From positions 32,001-96,000 of IMG/VR virus record IMGVR_UViG_3300042922_000265: a DNA stretch of 64,000 nt, one strand, 5' to 3'. Made by a program: the position numbers and the translations under genes. The DNA comes from a virus. Below, in pieces: positions 61,705 through 64,000 of this stretch; within the stretch, counting starts at the first letter, position 1; the number at the start of each line of letters is the position of its first letter. The notes below the pieces were generated by a model, which was not told the DNA's origin, did not search any database, and worked only from the letters and a program-made list of their open reading frames with translations.

Positions 61705-64000
61705 TTACCACAGGCCGACGCTGTTCTCGGCCTCGTAGTGCGTGCCCCGCAGGTCCAGCTGGTCCAGGTTGCCCGCGCCGCCGCGCTTGCCCTCTTGGAT
61801 CAGTGCGGCCTGCTCGGCGGGCGAGTAATTCCGACCTGCGGTGCGCAGCATCGCCTGGCGGAATGCTGGGGACGCGGCGAAGTCGTCGTACTGGCCACCG
61901 CCGCCACCGGGAGCGTCCAGGGCCGACCCACCGGCAGCTGCCTGGCGTTGGAACTCGGCCACGATGTCACGAGGAGCTTCCTCGCCGCTGAAGTCGGCAG
62001 CGGTCTTGGAGTACGGGTCGAAATCGTCCGGGATGTGCTCGGCCTCGACCGCGCGCGCCTGGCGTGGTGCCCGAATGCTGACAACCTCGGGCTCCACGGG
62101 TGGGCGACGCGGCCCGTTGCCTGCGCGAGTAATGCCTGCACCACGCGTCATAGCTGTCACGGTCTCACCGTCGCTGCTGGACTGGCCCTTGCCCCAATCC
62201 GCACGAGCCTGGTCCAGGCCCTTGGTGAGGTGGTTCTTCTCGGGCTCCTCGGTGACGTCCTCGCGGTTGTCCGAGTAGTTGTCCTTGACGTTGTCCTTGG
62301 ACTGCTCCCAGTCGGTCTTGTTGAACCCGCCCGAGCCGTTGAACGGCTTGTGGTCGGCGGTGCCGTCCGGGTAGGCCGCCATGAGCCAGTCACGGTCGGC
62401 GTGCAGCTGTCGGCTGGAGAAGATGCCGCTGATCGCATCAGTGACGCCACCGATTGCGTCTGTGGCCATGCCGACGCCGTCACCGATCATGCCGCCGATG
62501 TCGCCCACGGTGCTCATGACGTCACCGAAGCCATCCAGGCCACCTGACATCGGCGATGCGCCCATGTCGCTGGTGGTGCCGGGATCAGTCTGCGTACCGC
62601 TCGCTGCAGGATCGTCGACCGCTGCGGTCCCCGCCGTGTCGATGGGGCCAGCGACCGCGCTGGCACCGGTTGCAGCATCCGTGGTGGCCTGAGGGGTCAC
62701 CGGAGGCGGAACAGCAGCACCTGGCGTCACCGGAGCTGTTGCCGGGTCCGCCGGGAGGTCAGCGTGCCGACGGCGGCTGGTCTTGTTGGTGGCCGTGGCG
62801 TCTGCCGCTGCGCTTGCGGGGTCACCAGGAGCGGACACTGCAGCGGTGTCGTTTCCACCGATGCCGGGTCCCTGGACCGCCGGTGCGGCGCTGGTGTCGG
62901 CACCGGTGCCGCTGCTGCCCCCTGCTGCTGAGAGGTCCAGTTTCTGGCCGGGCTGGATCAGATTGGCATCACCGCCGATGACGTCCTTGTTGGAGTCGTA
63001 CAGGCCCTGCCAGTTGTCGCCCAGGCCCTGAGACTCGGCGATACCCGAAAGGGTGTCACCCGACTGGACCTCATAGGTCCCACCACCAGCGGCAGCTCCG
63101 CCCTCACCAGGTGCATCACCCTTGACGCCGTTGCCCTGGTTGTACATCTCGTTGTAGGCGTTGGGTTGGCCACCTGCGGCACCACCCTCACCGGCAGCGT
63201 CACCCTTGGTGCCGTTGCCTTGGCCATACTGCTGGTTGTAGAAGTTCGGGCCGTCCGAGCCACCAGCGGCGGGCGCGCCCGTGCCAGTGCCCGGTGCTGC
63301 GCCACCCGGCTTGTCGTACACACCGCCGGGGTTGGCGAACGCACTGCCCTCCGGCAGCGGAGACGCTGGCTCGTTACCAGGCGCGTACGGAGTCACCGGG
63401 TTGGCTGAGCTGAACGGCGCTGCCGCCGAACCGCCGCCCGCCGGGGCAGCGGTCGGAGCGGCGGGCTGGGACTCGTTGAAGGCGTCCCCACCAGCAAACG
63501 GCGAGTTGCTCGGCATCTTGGGGGTCGACGACGGGTTGTTGCCAGGACCATACGGCAGCACAGGGTCACCCGGTGCGGCATGACGGCGCAGACTGGCCAC
63601 CAGCTGGTCGGCGTCCACGCCCTTCTCCCGCGCGCGCTCCACGTCGTCGCGGATCTGCTCGACCCGGTCCTCCATGTTGCCCAGGTCGTCTTCCTGGGGG
63701 CGCTCGGCCCAGTCGCGGATGTCCTCCAGCGCACCACGGGCCTCACCCGTATTGCGAACGGTCCAGTCCTTGATGGTCTGGTCGTCGGCCTGCTTCTGGT
63801 ACGGACGACGGCCCTTGTTGCCCTTGCCGCCCTTGTTCAGGTGGCTGGACTGCATGGTCAGGTAGGCGGCGTAGCCGTGCGAGCACAGCCGACCGACGAA
63901 CGTCAGGCGGCGCTGGAAAGCCCACTTCCCCCAGTCGCACGCGCAGTGCCAATGAGTGATCGACTGGGCACCGCCGCCACCGTATGCGCCGCCCTTCTTG
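61705..64000 (-). CDS. SWIM zinc finger + LysM head-region protein (5' end outside window)
   Basis: frame stays open past 63855: WHCACDWG...LCSH; LysM YEVQSGDTLSGIA...NLIQPGQKL. Confidence 0.8.
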   Translation of the reverse strand, partial: KKGGAYGGGGAQSITHWHCACDWGKWAFQRRLTFVGRLCSHGYAAYLTMQSSHLNKGGKGNKGRRPYQKQADDQTIKDWTVRNTGEARGALEDIRDWAERPQEDDLGNMEDRVEQIRDDVERAREKGVDADQLVASLRRHAAPGDPVLPYGPGNNPSSTPKMPSNSPFAGGDAFNESQPAAPTAAPAGGGSAAAPFSSANPVTPYAPGNEPASPLPEGSAFANPGGVYDKPGGAAPGTGTGAPAAGGSDGPNFYNQQYGQGNGTKGDAAGEGGAAGGQPNAYNEMYNQGNGVKGDAPGEGGAAAGGGTYEVQSGDTLSGIAESQGLGDNWQGLYDSNKDVIGGDANLIQPGQKLDLSAAGGSSGTGADTSAAPAVQGPGIGGNDTAAVSAPGDPASAAADATATNKTSRRRHADLPADPATAPVTPGAAVPPPVTPQATTDAATGASAVAGPIDTAGTAAVDDPAASGTQTDPGTTSDMGASPMSGGLDGFGDVMSTVGDIGGMIGDGVGMATDAIGGVTDAISGIFSSRQLHADRDWLMAAYPDGTADHKPFNGSGGFNKTDWEQSKDNVKDNYSDNREDVTEEPEKNHLTKGLDQARADWGKGQSSSDGETVTAMTRGAGITRAGNGPRRPPVEPEVVSIRAPRQARAVEAEHIPDDFDPYSKTAADFSGEEAPRDIVAEFQRQAAAGGSALDAPGGGGGQYDDFAASPAFRQAMLRTAGRNYSPAEQAALIQEGKRGGAGNLDQLDLRGTHYEAENSVGLW

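Noticed and set aside
19050-63900. Long plus-strand ORFs (e.g. 24215-26419, 34535-36463, 46611-48518)
   Set aside because: Antisense shadows of GC3-rich minus-strand genes

Overview
64 kb of a large, GC-rich actinobacterial myovirus genome. Gene content and order resemble mycobacteriophage cluster C (Bxz1/Myrna-like); this assignment is from recognition, not a database search. Almost everything is on the minus strand. From high to low coordinates: a SWIM/LysM head-region protein, prohead protease/scaffold, decoration and major capsid proteins; collagen-like and SGNH-esterase accessory proteins; neck, sheath, tube, frameshifted tail chaperones, tape measure, NlpC/P60+lysozyme hub and baseplate; a ~5.7 kb RNA region (28 readable tRNAs, a tmRNA, an HNH endonuclease); plus-strand glycoside hydrolase and SNF2 helicase; then a degenerate aminotransferase, an Hfq/Sm-like protein, DnaC/DnaB and a GGQ peptidyl-tRNA hydrolase. 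The most striking signal is in the tRNA spacers. Four RNAs share one covarying scaffold (closing stem-GGGY-CGA hairpin TCG-GTT...CGGCY...AT-RYCC), each carrying a different tRNA-mimic domain: two circularly permuted YrlA/Y-RNA-like, two unpermuted and aberrant. Further permuted or miniature tRNA mimics and other structured RNAs lie alongside. With the tmRNA, the GGQ hydrolase and the Sm-like protein, this suggests a phage-encoded tRNA-mimic/ribosome-rescue RNA system. All structures were folded by eye; no computation was run.
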